A program made the translations under genes and the position numbers. From assembly GCF_032191835.1 (NCBI RefSeq), contig NC_083224.1, positions 123,504,001 to 123,568,000 on the forward strand: a stretch of DNA of 64,000 nucleotides, written 5' to 3'. Under the pieces are notes generated by a model that was given only the letters and a program-made list of their open reading frames with translations, was not told where the DNA came from and ran no database searches. Source of the DNA: Heteronotia binoei. Lineage: Eukaryota. Positions 36,124 to 48,879 of the stretch are shown piece by piece (position 1 is the stretch's first letter; each line of letters starts with the position of its first letter).

Positions 36124-36312
36124 CAGAGAGCCAGGAAGACAGCCGCAATGAGTCGGGCGGGGCCAGGGCTTATATAGCCCTGGCGCCACGCCCCTCTCAA
36201 GCCCCGGATGGGCTGGGGCTGTCAAAGCCTGCTCTCCTTCTTCCAGGAGGGCAAATGCGGCCCCCAGCCCGAACGCCGGCGATGCCGGCTTGGCTGGGAA
36301 GGGCCGAGCCTT
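36124..36312 (-). repeat. Ngaro A1 repeat (element 5' end, promoter-like)
   Basis: Identical by eye to A2; TATA box ctatataag on the minus strand. Confidence 0.93.
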
Positions 36313-36658
36313 CTTATTGGAAGCATCACTTCAACAATAATTCTCCTCCCCAATCTCCCCTTCCACACACCTCTATGAAGAGGTGTTCTCTTGCTTGATA
36401 TCTATAGGTTTCTTAATGTAAATCCTACAAATGGCTTTGCTTCTTTTCTAGAAATGGGGGGAGGCGAAATAAACAAGCCGTTCTCCCACAGTTGATGCTT
36501 ATGTAAGTGAAAAATGAAAAAAATTAATTCTTAAATGGACATGTATCAGATTTTGAATGAGTGAAAGACAAGAAAGGCTGTTTTAAATGTGCTAGGTTTC
36601 TCTAAAAGGAAATCAGGTAGATATGTGTTTGGCTGAGTACAGGGAGATAAAATTCTCT

Positions 36659-36848
36659 CCTGTACTCAATGCACAGCAGCCAAGAAGGTCAGAGCGCCTG
36701 CTCTGGCTGCAACGCCACTGAGGATGTTCTCTGCAGCTGAGAACGAAACGTCTGGAAGGAAAACTTTCTCCAGTAGAACGCGGCACTTGATCCCGAAAGA
36801 TTCTACAAACCCTAATGATGTTACCAGCCGTGAAAACCTGAAATCTTT
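36659..36848 (+). mobile_element. Penelope-like pLTR fragment, same family as 13280-13948
   Basis: High identity to 13792-13945 and to the inverted arm; 13-bp TSD gataaaattctct (36646-36658 / 36849-36861). Confidence 0.85.
36714..36756 (+). ncRNA. Minimal type I hammerhead ribozyme, second copy
   Basis: gcca-CTGAGGA-t-gttctc(tgcagct)gagaac-GAAAC-GTC-tgga; one stem I pair lost. Confidence 0.8.
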
Positions 36849-37984
36849 GATAAAATTCTCTTCTGTTTCCGTCTCTGTTTCAGTACTTATTTCTTGCGGC
36901 CCCTTCTTACTCATTTAGGAAATGCTGAAAGCCACTTTGGGGTCAGGAAGCAGTTTTTCTCCAGGCCCGTTTGGCCAGGGATCCTGGAGTTTTTTTGCCA
37001 TATTCTGGACATGGATCCAGGGTTAACTGGAAATTGGTGGTGGTGGGGGAGAGGTATTTGTGAATTTCCTGTATTGTGTATGGGGGTTGGACTAGATAAC
37101 TATGGATGTCCCTTCTGACTATGATTCTATGATTCCCTGGGATTGCTGCTGCCTCCTGTCTCATTACCAATGCTGGTATCATGTCTACTATCTTCTCTGC
37201 ATATCACACCTAATCTAATCAAGTTGCTATCTTCATTTACTTGCTATTGCCATTCAGCATCTGAAATCACATTTATCAAGTTTATATCTCCAGTACCTGG
37301 TGTTGCCTTTTATGGCATGCATAGCCCAGCCCGACAAGATCTGGCCCTTGTAACAAATGAGTTCGACACCTCTGATCTACAGCGACTCATAGCCTGGCTC
37401 AAATTCCAGCCTCTGTGCTCTTTTGTATGAGGTGCAGTGTGCCCTCCGTACACTTCTAGTAGGTCACTATCTATGCCATTTGTATTGTTCTACCTGGTTT
37501 TCTTCCACATTCCTTAGTTCCTTAACCTTTTTTATTCCACCAAACAGACGATAAAGAGATGGTGGGAGGTATATGTCGAGAAGAGTGGCTGTTTATTTTA
37601 GTACTATCTTTTCTCTTAACTCCTTCACAAAGAATTAGTCAAACTTTTATTCTGTTTTTCTGTTTACATATCAGAGGCAAAGCACAGAATCTGATGTACA
37701 GGTAACAGAAAACAAACAGTATCTGAACGTGGTGTGTCCTTACTTGGTTTCCCTACATTAATGGCTATAAGAAGAAAGTTTGATAGGGAAAGGATGTTGT
37801 TATGACCTGTCTGTATGACTAGGCAAGTGATCCAAAGAGCATGCTTAAGTGAAATGACTAGGTTGACAGAAGATTGGGATTTAGGGTTATGGAACTTCTC
37901 TGCAAATCCTGATTGGGAGATATTTGTATTTGTATTTCCACAAGAGCTCTAACACAAGCAGAAATTGTGCACTGAACCCAACTC

Positions 37985-38300
37985 CAGGGGCGTAGCTAGG
38001 GCTTTGGGGGCCCGGGGCCCAAGATTTATGTGGGCCCCCCTACGTGTGTGCACGCCGCCAGAAACAGGATATGATGTCACTTCCGGTGATGTCACTTCCG
38101 CAAGATGGCCACCACTTGCGAGGGAGCCCTGCTGGAAACAGGAAGTGATTTAACTTCCCCCAAATGGCCACCACTTTTTTGGGGGGGAAACAGGAAGTGG
38201 TGTCACTTTGAGGGCGGCACCCCCCCCCCAAGATGGTACTGCTGGTGCGATCTAGGTCATGTGATTGATAACCTGATTACCCCACCACACCATGTGACAG
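37985..38300. mobile_element. GC-rich hAT-type MITE fragment
   Basis: Starts caggggcgtagctagg; internal repeats of gatgtcacttccg and caagatggcc; right end not identified. Confidence 0.5.
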
Positions 38301-38511
38301 GGAGAAATGCCACAAGCAGCCTGCTGGCCCAGGTGTTCCCCTTGTGCCCTGAACTTGTGGGACTTCTATATTAAGCAAGCTGACAAGAAAAACAAGGAAA
38401 ACAAAAACAGGCATACTGATGTGGTTTTCAACATGCTCCTTCCTCTCCGCCCATGCGGTGTTAACAGCTCCTCATTGGGAAGGACCTGGAGAGAGATTTC
38501 TATGGCCATGG

Positions 38512-38857
38512 CAGGGGTGGCTTAACTGCGGCTCAGGAGCCACGTGTCTCATTCACACATATTGTGTGGCTCTCAAAGCCCCCACTGACCTATTGGCTGG
38601 CTTGGAGAAGGCATTTGTCTCTTTAAATCACGTCTCCAAGCCAAGCCAGCAGGCAGCAGGCAGCTTGGACTTGGGAGAATTCATCCAAAGTGAAAGTTGC
38701 TTTCTTTCCACTTCTCCCTCCCTCTCTCCATCGATTTGCCTTCCTTCCTTCCTTCCTGTCTTGTGGCTCCTCAAACATCTGATGTTCATGTCTTGTGGCT
38801 CTCAGACATCTGTTTATTCTGTGTGGCTCTTACATGAAGTAAGTTTGGCCACTCCTG
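38512..38857. mobile_element. hAT MITE, same family as 28496-28794
   Basis: caggggtggcttaact...agtttggccactcctg; shared internal ggctctc/gagcca blocks. Confidence 0.7.
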
Positions 38858-39989
38858 GTATATGATCCCCTATATTGAAATATTGCTGTCTCTCTGTTGT
38901 TTGGTTTGGTCTCTTGAAAAAAACCTGTAATAATAATATTTATGCCTTCATTAAAATATCAGTTTAAAAATGGTGCTTGCACAGGAGACTACCTTTACCT
39001 TTTTTTTTTAAAAAAGAGCTCTCCCTCTAGTTGCAGCCCATTTTGCTTTTTAGTATAATAAGAAGCAGCATCAAAAAAATAGTGCAGATGAAGGCCAGAG
39101 TACAAGTAAAAAAAGGTTCAGGACAGATTTGGATTCTATAGTCTGCTCCATGGAGTGATGATAAATAATTGTGTTTTCTACCACCATTTCATCTGCTTAG
39201 TGCTGTCACATCCAATCCAGATAAAATCTTTATCTGAGATGCCCTCAAAATTGTCTTAACACTTTTGTTATGGCACATTTCATTTGCTGTTGCCTGGGAA
39301 TCTAAATAAGTCCTTCGAGAAGTGTGACTAGCTCTTCCTGCCTGAGCTGGGAGAAACTGGTTGAGGTCTCTTTGAGCAAAGAAGTAGTTACTGAGCCTCT
39401 GAAATAGGCCATGGTCAACATGCTGCAAAAAATAAAACAACAACACCCCCCCCCCCCCTTAACTCTCTGTACCTAGAAAACTGCCAGCTTTTGAATATAT
39501 AACTTCTTGGATAAAGTACTAGTGCCAGTGGGGAGTGGGATAGCTCCAGGTTCTTTTGGAAAAGGCTGATTTTCTGGACTCATTCCAATCCAGTGTTTAG
39601 TCTTGAGGGGGGGTACTGTACTAGTTGCACTGATCTATACAAAAAGACAGCCTATGTATGCTCAAGTTTTGTTTTTCCTGGCCCCTCGAATGTTTTCAAA
39701 ACTATCAACCCAGCATTGTATCCTTTTGGGTCACTTGACACAGCTGGCAACAGGCTTTGCAGTGGCTCCAGAGAAAGATCCCGCCCCTAAAAAAAATGAT
39801 GCTCCGGAACAGCCATTCTGGTATGTCACATCGTCTCATCTGACTGGAGTCTCGGTTTCATTATAGAAGCAGAAGCTTCAAAGTTAAAAACAAAATTCCT
39901 CTTAAAAACACACACACGCACCCCTTGACAGCTGTTCATCTCTATCGCTCCTGCTATGCGTGTATTTATCATTATGTCAAAATGTAACC

Positions 39990-40540
39990 CGCCAGAGGCG
40001 CATCAGGCGATGTCAAAGCCGTGCCTGCCTAGCGCTTCCACAGCAAAGATCTCGCAAATAAGAAACCCGGGCACTTCAGCTTCTTCCTGACGGAAGCGAC
40101 ATTTTCTTCACCCTGAAAGCAGATCTCTCTCCCCGCCAACTGGCGCGGGAGGGCAGCCGCACACACCAACACGACCAAAAACGCTTTTACCTCGGCCAAT
40201 CCTTGTGGCTCACGCCCCCCTCCTATCAGCCAGCGCAGCATTGCAAGAGGCGGAGTCCACACGACCGAGACCGGGAGTCCTGGGCTCGCACTGAAAGACG
40301 CGTCCGACAGTAGGGACGCTGCCTCATTCTCTCTTTCAAGCTAGACAGAACGGCACGAGTGCCAAGTAGATCGATCAGTTTCCTTGCAAAGGTTCACTCT
40401 ACGTTATGATCGCCAGCGTGAGTGGCGGCGGCGGGGACGCCAGGCAGCCGGCTTCTGAGGGGCCCCTTGGCATTGCCAAGGGGCCCCCCAGACCCCCCAG
40501 ACCTGGGGCGACCCGCCCCCCTCCCCACGCCACTGCCCAA
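39990..40540. promoter_or_regulatory. CpG island, candidate bidirectional promoter
   Basis: High CpG density in a CpG-depleted background; flanked by a minus-strand first coding exon (40241-40191) and a plus-strand donor C|GTGAGT at 40418. Confidence 0.8.
40191..40241 (-). CDS. WDR41: WD repeat-containing protein 41, coding exon 1
   Basis: Translates to MLRWLIGGGREPQGLAE, identical to the recalled N-terminus of mammalian WDR41, and ends at a phase-0 GT donor (gag|gtaaaa). Confidence 0.88.
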
Positions 40541-40905
40541 CTCAGTAGATTTTTCCATAGAATGGAAATTTCCAGCTGGCAAAATTAATCTCATTAAAAA
40601 TATGCAGATTAAAATTGTAAACTATTGAATATGTAAAAAGTTTTCTACTGTGTCCTGTATTTAAGTTAGCATGTAAAGCAACTAATCCTTAGCTACCATC
40701 CTGCAGTTAAATAAACACCACTTTAAAATAAAATTAAAGTTTGCATTTTCTTATGTTTATTTAAACTTGTGCTCCTTCTGTTTTGATGTAATCATCAGAT
40801 TAATTATTTTTAAGAGGCTTGATTTGGAACGATTCAGAATTTCAAAACAAAAATATTATACATTTTACAGTTAAAATTTGAGTTAATCCTTGTAAGAACA
40901 TTTTA

Positions 40906-41086
40906 CAGGGCTCTTTTGCAGCAGGAACTCCTTTGCATATTAGGTCAAACACTCCTGATGTAGCCAATCCTCCAGGAGCTTACAGGGCTCTTCTTACAGG
41001 GCCAACTGTAAGCTCTTGGAGGACTGGCTACCTCAGGGGTGTGTGGCCTAATATGCAAAGGAGTTCCTGATACAAAAAAAGCTCTG
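40906..41086. mobile_element. Palindromic ~180-bp MITE
   Basis: Arms ...aggaactcctttgcatattagg...tagccaatcctccaggagcttacag / ctgtaagctcttggaggactggcta...cctaatatgcaaaggagttcct; related fragments at 41101-41160 and ~48471-48580. Confidence 0.7.
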
Positions 41087-42414
41087 ACGTCTTACATATG
41101 CAGTGCTTTTTTTGTAGAAAAAGCCCAGCAGGAGCTCATTTGCATATTAGGCCACGCTGCCTGGCCAGAGAGCATGCGGCTGCCGCATGGCAAGTCGGGC
41201 CAGCTGGAGCCCTGGCCAGCCCAGGCAGTTCTCTGCTCGTGTGGGCTCCAGCAGAAAAAAAGCCTGAGTAGTTGAATGGGAGGTTATCAGTATTATGACC
41301 TCTCTAGCTCATAGCAGTATTCATTATTTTTAATGCTCCTTCATAGAGCTATGTATGAAAGTTTAGGTGAAGGGCCAGCTTTGTATTATGGATAGAGACT
41401 TTCGTTTTAGCTGAGAGACTATTTCCTTGTTTCTTTTGATGTCCAGAGATCTAGCAATTTGTGAGTCGAAAAGAAAATGCATTTCTTTTTGCATCAGATC
41501 GACACCTTTTAATGTGATTTTATCTGATATTATCTTCTCATCTAAATGTGCAAAAAAATATGATTAGAGCTTTTAACAAAGATGTAGAATGAGAGGAAGT
41601 TTCAATGTTGGGCTCTTCAAAGTCGTTGCATTTTGCCTTTTAAATCCTTTTAGACTCACTGGGACTTGTAAACTAAGAAGATTTACTACAGCCCTTTCCA
41701 GGGGTGGCCTTAGAATTAAGAGTTCAAATTTCTGAAATTCCTGAAGTTCCCAAGAGGGAAAGGAATAAGGGAAAGTGACAGTACTAAGCTTAGTGGAACA
41801 AAATATAAGATTATTTTAGAGTATTCCATGTGACTTGGTTACTCTTCTGTGAATAATGGCAATAGCACAGAATTCAATTGCCAATTTGTCATAGGAAGCA
41901 AAATGAGGTTGCTGCTTGCATATATTAGCACTGCTTATTCAACAGTGAAGCATTACATGCAAGATGAAGACTAAAGTGGACATCACAATAAAAACAAAGT
42001 AGAGTTTTTAACCTACTGGGGGAAATTGTGTTTTTAAAAATTATTTAAAATAAAAATGCTTTGCTTAAGGTTATATTATTGCACTTTCTTTCTTCAGTTA
42101 ATACTATGGCATTATGACCTCATTGGTGTCATCACTTACATTTTATCACGGATTTTAATTTTAGCAGTGGGGATATTTTCCATACTGTATTTATCTACAA
42201 ATTACAAATCAGTTTTCCCTGAAAGTTTGTGATTTAACTGGGCTTTCCCCCCCTTGATTATTTAAATTGTGATTTTATGCAGTTAATCCAAATCTAATAG
42301 GCCATTTTCCAGTCCACATATTTTCTGAATAATTACACATATTAATTAGTTGCCCTAACAACTAAAATATATTGGTTTATAATTAGTAAGTTTTTTATGC
42401 AATCAGGATTGTGT

Positions 42415-43925
42415 TTTATCTATTTATTGAAAAACCACCTTTCTCCCTTGTGGAACTCAAGGCAGCTTACAATATAAACACAATTTTATAAAAACAATAA
42501 AGTAACAATGATAAAATCCATAAAAAGTCATAATTTAAACTCCAGTTAGGACTACCAATAATAAAAGCTAAGTCAATCAAATGCAGGCCTAAATAAAACT
42601 CCTGAAGTTGGACAATGAGGGGGCCAGGCACATCTCTCTGGGGAGATTATTCCATAATTCTGAGGCTGCCACCGAAAAGGTCCTCTCGTGTACTCACCAG
42701 ATGAGTTTCTTTAATTGGTAACACAGTCAGGAGGGTATCTCCCTGCAATCTCAATTCCTGGGCATGAATATATGGGAGAAGATGGTACTTTGGATATTCT
42801 GGTTCCAAGCCCTGTTAGGATTTAAAGAACGAAACCAACACCTTGTATCGGGCTCAGGAGCAAATTGGTGGCTACTGTTGTAATTGCTGTAGTATTGGGA
42901 TTATATACTCCTGGTAGCTGGCCCCACCAGCAGTCTAGTTGCAGCAGTCTGCACTAGCTTCAGCGTCTGAACACTCTTCAAGGGTAGATCCAAGTAGAGC
43001 ACATTGCAGTAGTCCAGTCTAGGTGTAACTGAGGCAGGGATCACTGTGGCTAGATCTGACGGACCCAGGAATGGATGCAACTGACTCTCCAGCTGGAGTT
43101 GGGCAAATACACTCTGAGCCACAGCAGCCACCTGGTTTTCTCAGGTGAGTGATGTGTCAAGCAGCACTCCCAAATGGTGAATGAGGCTTTTCAAGGGAGT
43201 ATGAGGGAGTATCCAATATCCCTGGTCTGCCTTTCTATTAATCCAGAGAACCTCTGTCCTGTCAAGATTAAGCTTCAGCTTGTTCACTTTCATCTAACCC
43301 ATTATTGACATGAGCGTCAACAGTATCCTTAGAATTAAGTAGAAAAGAAAGGTAGAGCTGGGTATCATCCACATATTGGTGATATTGCAGCCCATACAGT
43401 GGTTTCATATAGATATTAAATAGCATGGGAGATAAGATGGAGTCCTATGGCATCCCACAGACCAACAGCCATAGGGCAGAACAGGAATCTTCCAGCGCTT
43501 TCCTCTGAGACCAACTCCCCCAGATAGGACTCAAAATCACTGTGATACGGTGCCCCTTAATTTTAGTGCTGAGAGGTGGCTCAGTAGGATACCATGGTTC
43601 ATAGTATCAAAGGCACCAGAACTAGCGGAGTCACATTCCCTTTGTCTGTTTCTCAATAGAAGTCTTCAGTCAAGGTGACCAAACAGTCTCTGTTCCAAAT
43701 CCTGGCCTGAAGCCAGATTGAAATGAGTCCAGGAAATCCATCTCCTCCAAGAACCCCTGTCGCTGAGAAGCAACAACCTGCTCTAGCAGCTGCTTTATTA
43801 TGCTTTTAAAGAAAAGATTGCAGCAAAGCTGGGATGGCTTCTGTATGAATGGGAAATCCTGGATCTTTCTCAGTCCCACCCATATCAGCACTTTTTCCCT
43901 GCCTCATCTTGGCCATTTTCTCTGT
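42415..43925 (-). mobile_element. L2 LINE, old 5'-truncated copy
   Basis: RT C-terminal remnants LATVIPASVTPRLDYCN...LVQTAATRLL and DSFQSGFRPGFGTET; L2-type tail. Confidence 0.8.
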
Positions 43926-45719
43926 CACTTGAGAGCTTTCAAGTTTGTTTTTATTAGTAATTAACAATTGGTTAGTGTTGCAATATAATTTATGTGTTAG
44001 GTTCTCCAAATTCCTAGATTTCATTTTTTAAAAATAAAAGCAAGTAGGCAAGTATCTTGTTCTTTCCATTGTGGAATATGCCTTTTGACTTATATCTCTG
44101 TGATATAAGAGGCTAGAGACTTACTAGAGCTAATAGATGGATAATTATAATGTTATAATATTTTATCATTATACTATTTAAAACAGCCAAAGACCACCCT
44201 CCTGTGGCGCTACCACAGGGCCCTGGGGCAGGGAAACCCATGTGAATGCCCTATTGCAACTGCGTTGAATTGGCAGCCTCAAGTGTAAAGAAAACCACAG
44301 TGCACCCTATGGAAATCACCACAGTCTTTATAAGGCAAATAGGAAACAACCATAGGTTCAGATTGGCCAGTGCATCATTACATACAGATACTAAATTTCT
44401 AATTTGTGATATCCGTCCACAAATGTGCTTGTCAAATATGTATTTGCTATATTCATCATATAAATGACCACGGATGTGATCTGAGGAGGTGGCAGTGACC
44501 AGACTTCCATGTATGTGCATGCTTCAGGTCAGACTGTGAAGGATTCAGATTAGCTCCAGCACCTGGTGGCTAAGCATCACTTGCCAGTTGTTGTTCTGGA
44601 GAAAAGATGTACTTGGGGAAAAGGTATTTGCCATGGGCCTAACCAAGCCAAGCCTACTAAGAACTTTGAAGGCAGATACAGGTTACTCCTAAGGAGATTT
44701 TTGTCTCAAGACAATTGTCAAAAGTTCTGCTTGATTTGGCTTGAGGATGTGTTTCTCACTATGCCCAATTAATTTTTTTTTTTTTGAAGCTGTGAAAATT
44801 CCACTTCCAAAGTCATTTTCAGAATCTCTTACTCTCCTCCCAGCTGTGGTAAAGGTTTGGGTGAGGGAGGGGAGAAAGAATAACAGGAGTTAGTTGTAGA
44901 AAGGAAATGTAGGTAGCTTTGGAAAAAGATCAGGCAGAAAGTGGAGTGCTTGTGGGTGTTCAGATGTGTATGTGGATGGAGGGGAGAAACAAAGGAATGT
45001 CTTTTCCTGTGCCTTTTCTGTTTCACTGAATGGGTGTGAATTACATCTATGCTTATAATAAAATGTGTATTTCTCTTTGTGTGCATGCCTACAGTGAAGG
45101 AGAGAGGTGCAAATATAAGCCGCTCTGTCCACTTTTACCATATGTGGAATGTATGTTTTTCAATTTTACATATCTTGTTTGAGTGAGTCTGCTTCCCAAA
45201 CTGAATTCGGAGTTGTATGAAAATAGCCACACATTGAACCAAAACCTCTCCTCTGCTGTCCCTTGTTCCTGTTCTGTAGTTGCTGCTGTCTTATCACAAC
45301 CATAAATAAATGTGCCTGGAACTTGGATTTAGAGCATCACATTCTATTTGTGGGCTCTGTGACAAAATAATGGGGCTCCTGAGCAAACTTGAATGAAGAG
45401 GAGGTTGGAATATATTCTAAATTAAGACACACTTTTACAATATCATACCATGAGTATAGTATCAAATATCAAAATACCCACAGGAGATGCTAGATATTCC
45501 TACATACATAAACACTTATGCCATGTAGAACTCAAGAAAGAGGTTTAAGGAAACAGAAAATGAAAGGCATATAGAGTGAATGAAGATCTTTGAATGATTC
45601 CACATAGTAAAAGTGTGTAGCTGCTACATATCCTACCACAGTTTTGGGAGTATTGGCCCAAGAAAGCAAATTTAATTAACAAACCAAGAGAGATACAGAG
45701 GAATGATTTTTAGGGGAAA

Positions 45720-47950
45720 ACATGTAAACACTTTTGCATCGAGGGGGCTGATCAAGCGATCTCAGGTCTCTGAGAAGCCCTTATAAAATCAGATTACATT
45801 GCACAAATCGGAATTATGAAAGCAGCTCTTCATAGAGGGGCTGAAGAATATTAGTAACAAAAGTTACTATTCTAGCCAATTTACCTGACTGGCCTTCTGT
45901 CCCTCCAGAGGAAATAAAAGAATTAATTACACAACTGAAATTAGGAAAGGCTCCTGGCCTGGATGCCATTTCCCGAAATCTTAAAATTAGACCCAGACTG
46001 GTGGGCTTCTCCCCTTGCATCTCTGTTTACAATTGTAGATCGAACTGGCATAATTCCCCTGGCATGGTTGAATGCAATAGTGGTCCCGCTATACAAAAAA
46101 GGTGATCACACTAACCCTGCCAATTACAGGCCGATTATACTACTCTCCATCATTGGCAAGCTTTACTCCAAACATCTATTAGTCAAGCTGAGTCTCTGGT
46201 TGTTGCAGGAAAAAATTCTAGGCCCTGAGCAGTTGGGCTTCTGCAAAGGGAAGACCACTTTAGAGCACTGCATTACCCTATCTCATCTAGTCAACAAGTA
46301 CACTGTGCAAAATAACCAGACATTATTTGTTGCTTTTTTAGATTTAAAAGGCGCATTTGATTCAGTTGACAGGGACCTCCTCTGGATTAAGCTAGATAAA
46401 CTAAACATGGATAAAAGACTCCTTATGCTTATTAAGAGATCACACACTTCTACCACCTGCCAGATCAAATGTTCATTAGCAGGCAACCTAACATCGAAGA
46501 TTGCTGCCAATAAGGGTGTCAAACAGGGTTGCATTTTGGCTCCGTTTTTATTCAATCTCTTCCTTAATGACCTGGGTATTCAGTTGTCTGGTCCTGACTG
46601 CCATAGTCCAAAACTTGGTGCATTACATGTACCCTTGTTACTTTATGCAGACGATGCAGTGCTGTTGTACTGCTCTAGAGTGGGCTTAAGACGTCTGTTG
46701 TCCCGTTGTGTTCTGTATTTTACTAGTAATAAGTAAGCCCCAGCTCAATTATGAGACGTCCAAAATCTTAGTTTTCTCAAAAAAGTGGAGACTTTACAAA
46801 TGGGTTATTGATGGTAAAGAGATAGAGCAAGTCAAGTATTTGAAATACTTAGGTGTTTATTTTCAATATAATGTACTTGGTGTACCCATCGCAAGTATGC
46901 AATGATGAAAGCTAACATCAGTGCATCTGCCATAGCTCGCTTTTTTATTGACAGAAGTAACCAATTTGTGCCAGCTGCCATAAAAATATTCAAAGCCAAA
47001 GTGATTCCACAACTTCTGTATGGCATCCCAATCTGGATTGGATTTTATGAAGGTGCTATCGAACGTGTCCAATCCAAATTCTTGCGTAAAATTCTGGGCA
47101 TGCCAAAATGTGTCCAATATGCAGTTATCTGCTTAGAAACTGGCATGTCTTTAATGGTTACTAGTGCATGGCTCATGACCTTCAAATTCTGGCTACACTT
47201 GCACTACAACTCTGAACTGGGGAGCTATATCTCTCAAATGCTCTCTGAATTTAATTTGTCAAATTGGTCAGCACAAATTGAGATAAAAATAAAAGCAGTG
47301 GGTTTATCCCGAGAACTATTGTCCATGCTGTCCTTCACCACCGCAGTCCAACAAATTAAAAACAGGTTGTTAGATATTGAGCGCCAAGACCTATACAGTC
47401 TGGCTAAGAAAACTTGTTCCCCACTGAGTTTTGAGATCTCTCTTAGTACTGGGAAAATGGCCTCATATCTATCCCTCTTGTAGGTGCCACAGCAGCGTAG
47501 AGCTTTTTCCCTTGCCAGATGCAACGCCATGCCCTCTGCCATTCTTTATGGCAGATTTAACAAGACAGCCTACTCAGTCAGATACTGTCTCTGTAAGCAA
47601 AAATGTGTGGAGTCAGTTACTCATATTCTTCTTTATTGTAATTTGTATACAGATCTTCGTCACAAGTATTTACATCCTCTTTTAGTTAGCATGGTTGATT
47701 GTTCTGATGCACTTAAGGTCTATAATCTTTTGAACAATACTTCATCTAGTGTCACTGAGAAAATGGCTAAGTTTCTTTATTCTGTTTTAAAGGCACGTCA
47801 GAGGATCTAATAGAAATAGTTTATGTTTATGCTTTTCCTGATATATATATGTATGCAATCATTCCATTTTATCTTTTTTTTAAACCAGTTTGCTCTGGTA
47901 TATACATCTATATATTTTATGCCAATAAAGGCTAACTTGACTTGACTTGA
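45720..47950 (+). mobile_element. 5'-truncated non-LTR retrotransposon, RTE-X-like (clade uncertain)
   Basis: PANYRPI, QLGFCKGKTT, LDLKGAFDSV, GVKQGCILAPFLF, LLYADD; C-terminal CLC...HILLYC zinc motif; AATAAA and (cttga)n tail; stop at ~46734 and frameshifts. Confidence 0.75.
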
Positions 47951-48243
47951 ACAAAAGTTTGATTTTCTTGGGTTTGGAGGAGACAGTGGAAATTAACATA
48001 AAATCAGCAGCAAATCCCTATATTGTTATGGAAAGGAGGAAGGGGGAAGATTCCAGATGGGAGAAGCTTTTGAAGTGGAATTCCAATAAGGACATCAGGA
48101 ATTCCAATAAGGACATCAGGAAAAAGAGAGTTAGAAAATTTTTTGGAATAGCCTCCTTTTATTACAGATCCAGATCACATCCTTTTTATTAGGCAGACAG
48201 TGGGGTCCCTGAAAGCACCTTGTTTGGATTGGAATATTTAGAG

Positions 48244-48879
48244 CAGGGGTGGGGAACCTTTTTTCTGCCAAGGGCCATATGGATATTTATAGCATCATTC
48301 ACGGGCCATAAAATTATCAACTTTAAAAAAACAGTGCTCCTCCAAGGGAGAACGATTCAGGCTGGCAAAATTAATGCAAATAGTTGTTTTTCTGTTTGAA
48401 GTCATGTGGGGAGAGCCTAATCTGCCACACACACACACACACGGCCCTCTGCCCTAGGCAAATGTATAGGTTCAGGGGTTTTTTGTAGAAAAAGCCCAGC
48501 AGGAACTCAGTGGCATATTAGACCACATCCCCTAATATTAGCATATTAGGTCACACACTCATTAGCAGATTAGGCCACACCATCTGGGATAATCAAGTGC
48601 AAACTGAACTGTGACAGTAAGTTTTCCAGGCCCTGCAGCAATTCTGACCGGCCAGCCAGGCCCCAGGAGGCTGCCGCACAGTACATCTGGGCCCTGTGAT
48701 CCCTGCCTGGCCCTGGGGAGACTGCTGCACAGTGCGGCTGGGCCCCACGATCATCACTGGCCAGCCAGGCCCCAGAGAGGCTGCCACATGGCTTGGTTCA
48801 GCCCAACAATCCCTGAGGGCCGCACCAAGTGACCTTGAGGGCCACATATGGCCCTCAGGACAGAGGTTCCCCACCCCTG
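48244..48879. mobile_element. hAT MITE with perfect TIR and TSD
   Basis: 16-bp TIR caggggtggggaacct / aggttccccacccctg; perfect 8-bp TSD ATTTAGAG. Confidence 0.92.

Larger units (their letters stand above)
29881..36312 (-). mobile_element. Ngaro-type tyrosine-recombinase retrotransposon (split direct repeats A1-ORFs-B1-A2-B2), non-autonomous
   Basis: A = 36124-36312 and 30448-30636 (189 bp); B = 30637-31036 and 29883-30282 (400 bp); the copies look identical. Internal remnants of gag, RT, YR and SGNH hydrolase are present, and a TT is shared at both ends and at the A2/B1 junction. Confidence 0.93.

Noticed and set aside
1620-36502. A chain of plus-strand exon-like segments (about 1620-1691, 1767-1813, 8607-8650, 18697-18798, 21895-21991, 25156-25226, 28067-28144, 36452-36502), several open and some phase-compatible, e.g. 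NNESIIVVPCSQTEDEEKLWCMK-VQVHALAYDLMGSMSTFPRAKPVIFY
   Set aside because: I recognise no protein, phases do not chain throughout, the chain would lie antisense to WDR41, and short AG...GT open segments arise often by chance. RNA-seq or tblastn would be needed.
39189-39446. Minus-strand segment behind a good acceptor (ttttttgcag at 39423) as a candidate WDR41 exon 2
   Set aside because: No frame resembles WDR41 exon 2.
40050-40260. ETS-, CCAAT- and GC-box-like motifs as WDR41 promoter elements
   Set aside because: Most lie within coding exon 1 or intron 1 and are expected by chance in GC-rich DNA; not reported individually.
48075-48121. Tandem duplication of ggaattccaataaggacatca
   Set aside because: Simple local slippage duplication with no further structure.
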